Source: Thermoplasmata archaeon (lineage in GTDB: Archaea; Thermoplasmatota; Thermoplasmata; Lutacidiplasmatales; UBA184). Taken from it: a stretch of DNA of 64,000 nt. Every line of letters starts with the position of its first letter. Position 1 is the stretch's first letter. The translations under genes and the position numbers were made by a program. Below are positions 47,394-55,796 of this stretch, piece by piece. The stretch spans positions 4,054 to 68,053 of the forward strand of contig JBAWFC010000072.1 of the NCBI GenBank assembly GCA_049591535.1, written 5' to 3'. The notes beneath the pieces were generated by a model that saw nothing but the letters and a program-made list of their open reading frames with translations, did no database searches and was not told the origin of the DNA.

Positions 47394-50182
47394 TCGCCTC
47401 CGAACTCGGGGCCTTCCTCGGGGGTGCCGAACTCCTCGGTCTCCTCGTCGTCCCCTTCCTCTTCGAGCTGCGCCTCGGCCTGGAGGTCCATCTCCTCCTC
47501 GGTGACCGGCGGCGCCCCGGCGATTCCGCCCTCGGGCTTGCGCTCGTCCGACGAGCGGACGCGGCGACCCAGCACCTGGGAGACGACCTCGTCGAGCGAG
47601 ACCGCCGCCCCTTGGTAGGAACGGGTCGGGTCGATGCCGTCCTCGCCGTACTCGAACTCGATGACGGTCCCCGCGGTGTTCCGGACCGTGCGGTCCTCGG
47701 CGACCTTGAGGTCCTCGAGGGCGTTGATCAGCCGGCGCTGCATGTAGCCGGACCGGCTCGTACGGACCGCGGTATCGACGAGCGATTCACGTCCGCCCAT
47801 CGAGTGGAAGAAGTACTCCGTCGGGGAGAGTCCGCGCTTGTAGCTCGAGGAGACGAAGCCGCGGGCGCCCGAACCGAGGTCGCCGCGCTCGAAGTGCGGC
47901 AGCGTCCGGTTGAAGTATCCGCGCATCAGCCGCTCGCCCCGGACCGACTGCTGGCCCACGGCCCCGGCCATCTGCGTCAGGTTGAGCATCGAGCCCCGGG
48001 CCCCGGATTTCGCCAGGATCACGGCGGGGTTCTCGAGACCGAGGTACCGACCCGCGATCTCACCGGCCTTGTCCCGGGCCTGGCCGAGCTCGCGTCGCAC
48101 CATCACCTCGAGCGTCTCCTCGACCGAGCGGCCGGGCATCTGTTCGAGCTTGTGGTGGCGGTACTGCTCGACGAGCTCGTTGACGCGGTCGCGGGCGTCG
48201 GCGAGGGCGGTGAGGATCTCCTTGAGGGCGGGCTCGGGGACGTCCTCGTCGTCGATCCCCGTCGAGAGGCCCTTCAACCCGATCGCGGTGATCGCGAGGC
48301 GGCTCATCTCGTCGAGGAACTGTCGGGCCCGCGGCATCCCGTCGTTCCGGGCGATCGCGTCCAGGACGGCGCCCTTCTCGTAGGCGATCGCCTTCTTGTC
48401 GATCGTCCCGGCCTTCAGCACACCGTTCTCGATGACGACCCAGGCATCGTGCTTGCAGTTCAACGGGGAGCAGGTGCACCCGGCCCAGATGTTCGAGCGG
48501 AACTCGAGCGTGAGGTCCTTCGGCAGCGTCAGCGAGAACAGCTGCTTTCCCGACCAGAACGGCTGGCCGTCCTTGTCCTTCCCCGCGGGGGGTGGGAGCG
48601 GGTAGTTCAGCTTCGAGAGGAGGTACGTGACCTCGCTGCGCGAGTACGACGGGTCCTGGTACGTGAGCAGGAACGCGGCGGTGATGTGGTCGTGCAGCAT
48701 CCCGATGATCGGGCCGCCGTACCGGGGCGAGAGGATGTGCTCCTCGACCTTCATCAGGACCTTCGCCTCGGCGCGGGCCTCCTGGCTCTGGAGCACGTGC
48801 AGGTTCATCTCGTCGCCATCGAAGTCCGCGTTGTAGGGCGGGCAGTCGCACAGGTTGAACCGGAACGTCTTGTTCGGAAGGATCCGGACGAAGTGGGCCA
48901 TCATGCTCATCCGGTGGAGGCTCGGCTGCCGGTTGAACAGGACGATGTCGCCGTCGATCAGCTGGCGCTCCACGACCGAACCGGGCGTGACGAGCTCCGC
49001 GCACGCCTCGGCGTTCTTCTCCATGACCTTGATCCGCTGGCCGTCCTCGCGTACGAGGTAGTTGACCCCGCACCGGTACCGGGCGTCGGCGTCCGGCGGT
49101 GGCGTCGGCCCGCGCTTGACGAGCTCCTTCGCGACCTCCTGGTTGTGGAGCGTGACCTCGAGCGGTACCGTCAGGCCCCGCGCGACCTCGGCCGGGATCC
49201 CGACCTCGTTGATCGAGAGCAGCGGGTCCGGGCTGATCACGGTGCGTGCCGAGAAGTTGACCCGCTTTCCCGAAAGGTTCGAACGGAACCGGCCGTCCTT
49301 TCCCTTCAGGCGCTGGGCGAGTGTCTTGAGCGGTCGCCCGGACCGGTGCCGCGCCGGCGGGATGCCGCTCGTCTGGTTGTCGAAGTAGGTCGTGACGTGA
49401 TACTGGAGCAGCTCCCAGAGATCCTCGACGACGAGCTGCGGGGCGCCCATGTCGCGGTTCTCTCGCAGGCGCTGGTTGATCCGCAGGACGTCGACCAGCT
49501 TGTGGGTGAGGTCGTCCTCGCTCCGTTCCCCGCTCTCCAGGGTGATCGACGGGCGGACCTGGACGGGCGGGACCGGCAGGACGGTCAGGACCATCCACTC
49601 CGGGCGGCCGAACTTCGGGTTGAGCCCGAGGAAGCGGACGTCCTCGTCGGGGATCCGCTCGAGCCGCGCGCGGACCTCCTTCGGGGTGATCTTGTGGCTG
49701 TTCTCGCGGAACGTCGTCGGCTTGTCGAGGACGATCCGCTGCTGGATCTCGTGGCAGTGGGGACAGGAACGGTCCTCCTTCGGTTCGCGCGTCCGCGGCG
49801 CCGGAGGCGCGTCGTCGTCCGCCACCGCTTCCGCGCGCGGGGTCGGCGCGTCGGGGAGCATGCGGCCGCAGGCACGGCACGTCGAGTGCAGGAGCCGCTT
49901 GATCTCCTTCGCGTAGCCGACGTGGATCACGGGCATCGCGAGCTCGATGATCCCGAAGTGCCCGGGGCACTCGTTCACGCGGCCCCCGCAGGTCCGGCAC
50001 CGCAGGTTCGGTTCGATGACCCCGAGATGGAGGTCCATCAACCCCATCTCGATCGGGTAGCCGTCGTCGTCGTACGTGTCCGCCGTGATGATCTTCACGC
50101 CGCTCATCCGGCGGATCTCGTCCGGGGAGAGAAACGCGAACTGGAGGCCCTTGATGCGCTTCGAAAGTCCCTGCGTCGTCAT
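47390..50182 (-). CDS. rpoA1: DNA-directed RNA polymerase subunit A'
   Basis: ATG 50182. [27 protein letters not shown]; zinc motif [16 protein letters not shown]; active site [13 protein letters not shown]. Confidence 0.95.
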   Translation of the reverse strand: MTTQGLSKRIKGLQFAFLSPDEIRRMSGVKIITADTYDDDGYPIEMGLMDLHLGVIEPNLRCRTCGGRVNECPGHFGIIELAMPVIHVGYAKEIKRLLHSTCRACGRMLPDAPTPRAEAVADDDAPPAPRTREPKEDRSCPHCHEIQQRIVLDKPTTFRENSHKITPKEVRARLERIPDEDVRFLGLNPKFGRPEWMVLTVLPVPPVQVRPSITLESGERSEDDLTHKLVDVLRINQRLRENRDMGAPQLVVEDLWELLQYHVTTYFDNQTSGIPPARHRSGRPLKTLAQRLKGKDGRFRSNLSGKRVNFSARTVISPDPLLSINEVGIPAEVARGLTVPLEVTLHNQEVAKELVKRGPTPPPDADARYRCGVNYLVREDGQRIKVMEKNAEACAELVTPGSVVERQLIDGDIVLFNRQPSLHRMSMMAHFVRILPNKTFRFNLCDCPPYNADFDGDEMNLHVLQSQEARAEAKVLMKVEEHILSPRYGGPIIGMLHDHITAAFLLTYQDPSYSRSEVTYLLSKLNYPLPPPAGKDKDGQPFWSGKQLFSLTLPKDLTLEFRSNIWAGCTCSPLNCKHDAWVVIENGVLKAGTIDKKAIAYEKGAVLDAIARNDGMPRARQFLDEMSRLAITAIGLKGLSTGIDDEDVPEPALKEILTALADARDRVNELVEQYRHHKLEQMPGRSVEETLEVMVRRELGQARDKAGEIAGRYLGLENPAVILAKSGARGSMLNLTQMAGAVGQQSVRGERLMRGYFNRTLPHFERGDLGSGARGFVSSSYKRGLSPTEYFFHSMGGRESLVDTAVRTSRSGYMQRRLINALEDLKVAEDRTVRNTAGTVIEFEYGEDGIDPTRSYQGAAVSLDEVVSQVLGRRVRSSDERKPEGGIAGAPPVTEEEMDLQAEAQLEEEGDDEETEEFGTPEEGPEFGGE

Positions 50183-50190
50183 GGTTCCCC

Positions 50191-53100
50191 CTACCGCATC
50201 TCCTCGAGCTGGAGCCGCATGATCACGCCGAGACTGATCAGCTCCTCGAGCAGGAGCTTGAACGAGTAGCTCATCTCGACCGGATAGATCGACGACGTGT
50301 TCCCGCAGCTCGGGCACCGCAGCGAGTTCGCGCGCGTGTCCGGGATCGCGATGTGGCCGCAGTCCGGGTTCCCGCAGACGTACTGGATCGTCCCGTCCGA
50401 CTCGTCGAGCAGCCGGTCCTTGATGACCATCGCGACGCCGTGGCCGATCAAGCAGTCGCGCTCCATCTCACCGAACCGCAGGCCGCCCTGGCGCGAGCGT
50501 CCCTCGGTCGGCTGGCGCGTCAGGATCTGGACCGGTCCGCGCGAGCGCATGTGCATCTTGCCCGCGACCATGTGGTGGAGCTTCTGGTAGTAGATCACGC
50601 CGACGAAGATCTCGGCCTCGAACCGCCGGCCGGTGAGCCCGTCGTACAGCGTCTCGCGGCCCGACGGGTGGAAGCCGACCGCCTTGAGACCCTCCCGGAG
50701 CGCTTCTTCCCGGGCGCCGGAGAACGCCGTGCCGTCGACCGTCTTGCCCTCGAGCGCCCCGACCTTGCCGCCGAGCATCTCGAGCACGTGCGCGACCGTC
50801 ATGCGCGACGGGATCGCGTGCGGATTGATCAGAAGGTCCGGAGTGACCCCGTCGCGAGTGAACGGCAGGTTCTCCTGCGGGACGATGAGGCCGATGACCC
50901 CCTTCTGCCCGTGGCGGCTCGCGAACTTGTCGCCGAGTTCCGGCACCCGCTGGTTGCGGACCTTGACCTTGACGAGCTTCGAGATGTTCTCGCCCTCGGT
51001 CAGGATGACATTGTCGACCCATCCGGACTCGCCGAAGCGGACCGTGACGCTCGTCTCGCGCCGCTTCTGCGGGGTCAGGAGGTCGGTCTTCTCCTCGAGG
51101 AACCGCGGCGGGCTCGTCTTGCCGACCAGCACGTCGCCTTCGGTGACCTCGAGCTCGGGGAAGATCAGGCCGTCCTCACCCAGGTTGCGGTACGCGGTAT
51201 CGACCCGAGCACCCGCGACGTCCGGTCGCGGAATCTCGAACCGGTCCTCCTGGCCGCCGGGGTACTTGCGTTCCTCCCCGCGGTAGGTCCGGAAGAACGA
51301 CGAGCGTCCGAGGCCGCGGTCGATGGCGCCCTTCGAAAAGACGAGGGCGTCCTGCATGTTGTACCCCTCGTAGGAGAGGACCGCGACGACGAAGTTCTGG
51401 CCCGCCGGCCGCTCGGTGAAGTGGACGTAGCGCATCGTCTGCGTCTGGAGCAGCGGTGCCTGCGGGTAGTGGAGCAGGTGTCCGCGGGTGTCGGGGCGCC
51501 GCCGATAGTTGACCGACTCGACCCCGAGCGCCTGCTTCGCCATCCCGGAGCCCATCGTGTTCCGGGGGGCGGAGTTGTGCTCGGGGTACGGGATGAGCCC
51601 CGTGCAGACGCCGAGCATCAGGTTCGGGTCGATCTCGAGGTGGGTGTGGATCTCCGAGATGAGGCTCGCGGTCGGGAACTCGGACTTGCAGTGGCCGCAC
51701 TCGACCATCGCCTGGTCGCGCTTATCGCCCATCGACACCCAGCGGATGTCGCCGCGGCTCAGCGCGCGCTCGCACTTCGGGCAGCGGTCGGGCGGAACGA
51801 ACGGCTCGATCGCGATGAGGGAGTCCTCCTCCTCTTCGGCGTCGAGCCACTCGATCTTGCCCTCGCGGATCAGGTCGGTGAACGAGCGGGTGCCCCGCGC
51901 GAGCTCGTCGAGGTCGGTGCGCGTCGCTCGCGGGACGCCGTTCTTGACGACGACGAGCGGGCGGCGGAGCCGGCCGGGGTCGCAGTGGACGATGACCTCG
52001 TTCATCTCCGCGTCGTAGCGGACGTTGATCTCGTAGGTCTTGTCCTCGAGCGTGGACGACAGCGTCCGGGTCCGCCGGCGTTCGCGGATGTCGCGGACGA
52101 GGTCGAGCGGCTGCGAGTGGAGCCCGATCAGGTTCCCGTTGACGTAGACCCGGGCGGCCCGCTTCCCGCGCGGCGCGGCCGCCTCCTGGAAGACCTCGGG
52201 GCCGATCTCGCGGGTGTTGTTGTCGCGCAGGATGAGGGTGACCTCCTCCTCGTCGGTCCCTTCGGAGACGTCGACGCAGAGTGCGTAGTTCTTGACGAGG
52301 CCGCAGTTCTGCCCTTCGGGGGTCTCGTTCGGGCAGAGGCGCCCCCACTGGGTCGGGTGCAGGTCGCGCGCCTCGAAGTGCGGTTGGGTACGGGTGAGCG
52401 GGCTCGTCACCCGGCGCAGATGGCTGATCGTCGACATGTGGCTCGTCCGGTCCAGCACCTGGCTGACCCCGGCGCGGCCGCCGACCCAGTTGCCCGTCGC
52501 GAGCGCGTGGACGAGGCGCTGGGTCAGGAGGTCCGGCCGGATCGCGCTCGCGATCCGAAGGTCCTTCTTGCGCGCGAACGAGCGCTCGAGCTGGTACTTG
52601 AGATCCTTGAGGAGGAGGGAGAACGCGACTCGGAACAGGTCCTCCATCAGGTCGCCGGCGAGCTTCAAGCGCTTGTTTGCGTAGTGGTCCTTGTCGTCCT
52701 CGCCCCGGACCTTGAGGTGGAGCTCGAGGACGGTACGCGCCATCCGCGCGAGGTAGAGCGCCTTCTTCAGGCGGTCGTGTTTCGTGTCTCCCAGGTGCGG
52801 GAGCAGCGACCGGTCGAGGATCCCGTCGACCTTGCGCTGGCGGTATTCCTTCGCCTGGCCGGTCGCGAACTTCTTCTCGAGGAAGACGAGCGCGTCCTCG
52901 GTCGAAAGCACCCCTTCGGGCGGGTAGAGCTTCTTCGAGACGCACTCCTCGAGGTTGACGTTGAGCAGATGCTTCATCGTCTGGACGAACGGTTCGTCCA
53001 GCGGCAGCAGCTCCCCGAGGACCGCCTGGAAGATCTCCTCGTCGTTCTTCATCCCGAGGGCCTTCATCAGGATCACGAGCGGGATCTGCCCGCTCGCCGT

Positions 53101-53862
53101 CGGGACCGAGACCTGGAGCACGCCGTCCTTCTTCTTCTCGACGACCGTGAGCGACCGGTACCCGCCGCGCTGGCTGAACACCTTGGCGCTCTCGATCGGG
53201 GTGCCGTAGCGCTCGTTGTACTCGGCGAAGATCCGGTTCGGTGCGAGGTCCTCGAGACTGATGATGACCCGTTCGGTCCCGCCGATGATCGCGTACCCTC
53301 CGGGGTCGAGCGGGTCCTCGCCGTACTCGACGAGCTTCGCGCGGTACTCGTCGTCGGAGAGCGCGATCTGCCCGTCGGACTCGATGTTCGACTTGGAGAG
53401 GTTGCACTGTCGGCTCTTGACCATGATCGGGAGGTCGCCGATGTGGACGGTCTCGCTCGCGCGCTCGACCCCGTTCTCGACGACGGTGACGTCGAGGTAG
53501 ATCGGGGCCTGGTACGTGAGGTTCCGCAGGCGCGCTTCCATCGGCGTGAGCGTCGGCTTCGAACCGACCGGTTCCTTGACGAACGGCTTGCCGATCCGGA
53601 TCGTGGGCTCGGCGGACGGGCTGACGTAGCCGCGCGCGTCGCGTCGGCGGCCGACGCGGACCTGGATCGAGCTCTTCGTCTTCTGGACGTCGAGGCGGAC
53701 CATCCCGTGCTCGGTCGAGTCCTCGCTGACGCGGGCCTCGTCGACGATCCGCTGCATGCGCGAGTTCGGGTTGTCTTCCGTCGGGAGGAAGTCGTTGAAG
53801 CTGGCGAGGTGGTGGTTGACGATCGAGCGCTCCCGGAAGAAGGCGTCTACGATTTCGCGCAT
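50191..53862 (-). CDS. rpoB: DNA-directed RNA polymerase subunit B, unsplit (B' and B'' fused, 1223 aa)
   Basis: ATG 53862 ([26 protein letters not shown]) to the C-terminal zinc ribbon CGNPDCGH...CPSCG. Continuous frame; [12 protein letters not shown] and ERDCLIGHG present. Confidence 0.95.
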   Translation of the reverse strand: MREIVDAFFRERSIVNHHLASFNDFLPTEDNPNSRMQRIVDEARVSEDSTEHGMVRLDVQKTKSSIQVRVGRRRDARGYVSPSAEPTIRIGKPFVKEPVGSKPTLTPMEARLRNLTYQAPIYLDVTVVENGVERASETVHIGDLPIMVKSRQCNLSKSNIESDGQIALSDDEYRAKLVEYGEDPLDPGGYAIIGGTERVIISLEDLAPNRIFAEYNERYGTPIESAKVFSQRGGYRSLTVVEKKKDGVLQVSVPTASGQIPLVILMKALGMKNDEEIFQAVLGELLPLDEPFVQTMKHLLNVNLEECVSKKLYPPEGVLSTEDALVFLEKKFATGQAKEYRQRKVDGILDRSLLPHLGDTKHDRLKKALYLARMARTVLELHLKVRGEDDKDHYANKRLKLAGDLMEDLFRVAFSLLLKDLKYQLERSFARKKDLRIASAIRPDLLTQRLVHALATGNWVGGRAGVSQVLDRTSHMSTISHLRRVTSPLTRTQPHFEARDLHPTQWGRLCPNETPEGQNCGLVKNYALCVDVSEGTDEEEVTLILRDNNTREIGPEVFQEAAAPRGKRAARVYVNGNLIGLHSQPLDLVRDIRERRRTRTLSSTLEDKTYEINVRYDAEMNEVIVHCDPGRLRRPLVVVKNGVPRATRTDLDELARGTRSFTDLIREGKIEWLDAEEEEDSLIAIEPFVPPDRCPKCERALSRGDIRWVSMGDKRDQAMVECGHCKSEFPTASLISEIHTHLEIDPNLMLGVCTGLIPYPEHNSAPRNTMGSGMAKQALGVESVNYRRRPDTRGHLLHYPQAPLLQTQTMRYVHFTERPAGQNFVVAVLSYEGYNMQDALVFSKGAIDRGLGRSSFFRTYRGEERKYPGGQEDRFEIPRPDVAGARVDTAYRNLGEDGLIFPELEVTEGDVLVGKTSPPRFLEEKTDLLTPQKRRETSVTVRFGESGWVDNVILTEGENISKLVKVKVRNQRVPELGDKFASRHGQKGVIGLIVPQENLPFTRDGVTPDLLINPHAIPSRMTVAHVLEMLGGKVGALEGKTVDGTAFSGAREEALREGLKAVGFHPSGRETLYDGLTGRRFEAEIFVGVIYYQKLHHMVAGKMHMRSRGPVQILTRQPTEGRSRQGGLRFGEMERDCLIGHGVAMVIKDRLLDESDGTIQYVCGNPDCGHIAIPDTRANSLRCPSCGNTSSIYPVEMSYSFKLLLEELISLGVIMRLQLEEMR

Positions 53863-53869
53863 GGATTCG

Positions 53870-54208
53870 TCAGCTCCCCCCGACCGCGGGGACGATGAGG
53901 CGGTAGGCGATCGCTTCGCCGGCGGTGGCGCTCGGGCGACGGACCCGGACGAGCCGGCCGGTGAAGTTCTCGCCGGCGTCGCGCCCCGTGACGAACTTGG
54001 GGTCGGTCTGGAGACCCGGGTCACCGACGAGGATCTTGGGCATGCGCTCCGCGACGGTCTCGAGCTCCTCGAGGACCTTCTTCGTCTCCTCCTCGCTCAG
54101 GATCTCGTGACGCGGCAGGAGATGATGCGCCACGAACGGGCGCACGGGCTTCGGCGGCGCTCCGGCGGCAGGTCGCTTCTTCGAACGGCGTACGGGACTC
54201 GGGGTCAT
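53870..54208 (-). CDS. rpoH: DNA-directed RNA polymerase subunit H
   Basis: [22 protein letters not shown]...[10 protein letters not shown]...[20 protein letters not shown]. An alternative GTG start at 54133 would remove the basic 25-aa N-terminal extension. Confidence 0.9.
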   Translation of the reverse strand: MTPSPVRRSKKRPAAGAPPKPVRPFVAHHLLPRHEILSEEETKKVLEELETVAERMPKILVGDPGLQTDPKFVTGRDAGENFTGRLVRVRRPSATAGEAIAYRLIVPAVGGS

Positions 54209-54229
54209 GCGTGCACTCCAGGAACGTCA

Positions 54230-54372
54230 CGGGCCCGGGGGGATGCTCGGAGCGACTCCGCGCGCCGCGCGGGGCGGCTCGTTCGAACCCCCGACCAACT
54301 GGTTAAAAGCCAGATGCTCTTTGTAGGGCCGGCGGGTGTGCCGCGCGGCCAACCTAGCTGAGCTACGGGCCC
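54230..54372 (-). tRNA. tRNA-Lys(UUU) interrupted by two non-canonical introns: about 31 nt in the D-loop and 38 nt in the T-loop
   Basis: Minus-strand read: GGGCCCG-TA-GCTC-AGCTAGG[..insert..]A-GAGC-A-TCTGG-CTTTTAA-CCAGT-TGGTC-GGGGG-TTCGAA[..38 nt..]T-CCCCC-CGGGCCC-G. Anticodon TTT is at 54307..54305. The exons assemble into a 74-75 nt cloverleaf. Confidence 0.8.
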
Positions 54373-54431
54373 GATTCCGTTCCGGACGGAAGCGACGGGA
54401 CCGTCGTATTTCAGCGTATCCCTGACGGAAA

Positions 54432-54749
54432 TCACTGGATGCTCTCCAGGCTCGAGATGATCGACCAGATCGCGGTGCGTCCGTGCGTCGGGATGTTGGG
54501 GTCGTTCGCGAGGTCGTCGAGTACGTAGACCGCGCTCGCGATCCGTACGTCGAGGGCGACGCGCGGCTTCGACAGTTCGTCCCGCGCCGACTGGGCGCCG
54601 CGCCGGATGTTGCGCGGGACGGACCCGTCGTCGGCGAGCTCGGTGAGCGATTCGAACACGCGTTGGAGCGCGGGGGTCTCGTGTCCGACCGTCACGTTCG
54701 GAGGAGAGGCCACGCTCGCGTCCGGTGCGGCCGGCGGAGTCGGCGTCAC
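54432..54749 (-). CDS. UPF0147-family conserved archaeal protein
   Basis: DGSVPRNIRRGAQSARDEL...LDVRIASAVYVLDDLANDPNIPTHGRTAIWSIISSLE matches the UPF0147 pattern as I recall it. Confidence 0.7.
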   Translation of the reverse strand: MTPTPPAAPDASVASPPNVTVGHETPALQRVFESLTELADDGSVPRNIRRGAQSARDELSKPRVALDVRIASAVYVLDDLANDPNIPTHGRTAIWSIISSLESIQ

Positions 54750-55150
54750 GACGACCTCGCCTCGCCGCCTTCCTTGTACGCCGTCACGACCAGGAGCGTC
54801 TTCGTCTCGCGGATGCCGCGGACGGCGGGGAGCCGGTGCAGGACGAAGTCCTTGAGCTCGTCATAGTGGGGGAACCGGACCTTGAGAAAGATGTCGGTGT
54901 CACCGGTCACGAGGAACACGTCCTCGACCTCGGCGAACCGGGCCACCTCGCTGGCGACCGTGTCGGCTTCCGCAGTCTCGACCTTGAGCGCGATGAGGGC
55001 GACGACATGGTCGTCTCCCCAGACCTTGGTGAACGCGCTCTCGACGGCGCGACTGACCGGCGGCTTGGACGACGTGGACTTCTGCATGTTCCTCCCCCTC
55101 GATGCGATATCCTTCCTTGTGACAGCGAATGCCCCGTGCGCGTCCGACAC
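54746..55150 (-). CDS. Stand-alone Lrp/AsnC-type ligand-binding (RAM) domain protein, no HTH
   Basis: VVALIALKVETAEADTVASEVARFAEVEDVFLVTGDTDIFLKVRFPHYDELKDFVLHRLPAVRGIRETKTLLV. The GTG start overlaps the upstream stop by 1 nt. Confidence 0.7.
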   Translation of the reverse strand: MSDAHGAFAVTRKDIASRGRNMQKSTSSKPPVSRAVESAFTKVWGDDHVVALIALKVETAEADTVASEVARFAEVEDVFLVTGDTDIFLKVRFPHYDELKDFVLHRLPAVRGIRETKTLLVVTAYKEGGEARSS

Positions 55151-55323
55151 TACGCCACTGGGGCGGACTCGAACTCCTCTTGGAGGTCGTTGATCACCTG
55201 GTCGATCACGGACCCTGCGGAAGGGCTCCGGTACTCCCGGACCCCCCCGGCTTCGCTCGACACGCGCGCGACGAGCTCGGCGGGCCCGCGAAGAAACTCG
55301 ACACTACAGATGAACTCCTCCAT
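55150..55323 (-). CDS. Hypothetical small protein (57 aa)
   Basis: ATG 55323 (MEEFICSVEFLRGPAELVARV...) lies about 45 nt downstream of a TATA box. High GC3. The 100-aa track version (start 55452) would begin upstream of that TATA. Confidence 0.4.
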   Translation of the reverse strand: MEEFICSVEFLRGPAELVARVSSEAGGVREYRSPSAGSVIDQVINDLQEEFESAPVA

Positions 55324-55367
55324 GATGGCCGGCCCCCCAGCAAGCCGACCGCCCGAAAAAGTCCCCC

Positions 55368-55374
55368 TATAAAT
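55368..55374. promoter_or_regulatory. Candidate TATA box (TATAAAT / ATTTATA) in the divergent spacer between the small-ORF operon and purS
   Basis: The sequence cccctataaatgatttcc is the only AT-rich element in the spacer. Confidence 0.35.
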
Positions 55375-55525
55375 GATTTCCTGCGCCGCGGCCGACCCCC
55401 CCGGTTCCGGGGTCGCTCCGCGGCGGGGGACCGGACCCGAAGCGACCCCCATTTTGCCTCCTCCGGCGCGGGCCGGAGGTCACGGTTATGAGCCTGCTTC
55501 GGTCACGAGCGTCGAGGGCGCTCAG

Positions 55526-55792
55526 TTGGACCCCGCGTCGCGGCCGATCGTGCTCGAAATCCGGGTGGAACTCAAGCCCGGGGTGCTGGACGCGGAAGCC
55601 GAAAGCGTGGAAAAATCACTCGGTCTCCTCGGGATATCGGGGGTCCGGAACGTGCGCACCGCCCGGATCTACGACCTCGAGTTCTCCGACGCCACTGCAA
55701 CGGAGGCCCACCGCCGGGCGCAGGAAGCGGTGGACCGGCTCCTCGCCAACCCCGTGATCCATCGCGTCACGATCCGCCCGTTGCCGGGATAA
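55526..55792 (+). CDS. purS: Phosphoribosylformylglycinamidine synthase subunit PurS
   Basis: VLEIRVELKPGVLDAEAESVEKSLGLLGISGVRNVRTARIYDLEF. Start is either TTG 55526 or GTG 55550; there is no in-frame ATG. Confidence 0.85.
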   Translation: MDPASRPIVLEIRVELKPGVLDAEAESVEKSLGLLGISGVRNVRTARIYDLEFSDATATEAHRRAQEAVDRLLANPVIHRVTIRPLPG

Positions 55793-55796
55793 CGCG

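Noticed and set aside
47390-53862. Inteins or mobile introns in rpoA1, rpoB, rtcB, lig or priL
   Set aside because: The protein lengths are normal for these families. Conserved motifs are collinear, with no insertion of 130 aa or more containing intein blocks.
50353-53898. 1181-aa ORF on the plus strand
   Set aside because: It is exactly antisense to the complete rpoB gene. Its composition is repetitive R/D/L/E/P-rich with no motif. In GC-rich DNA the antisense frame that shares third positions rarely contains stops. The same reasoning applies to 47612..50269 (antisense to rpoA1) and 45939..47618 (antisense to rpoA2).
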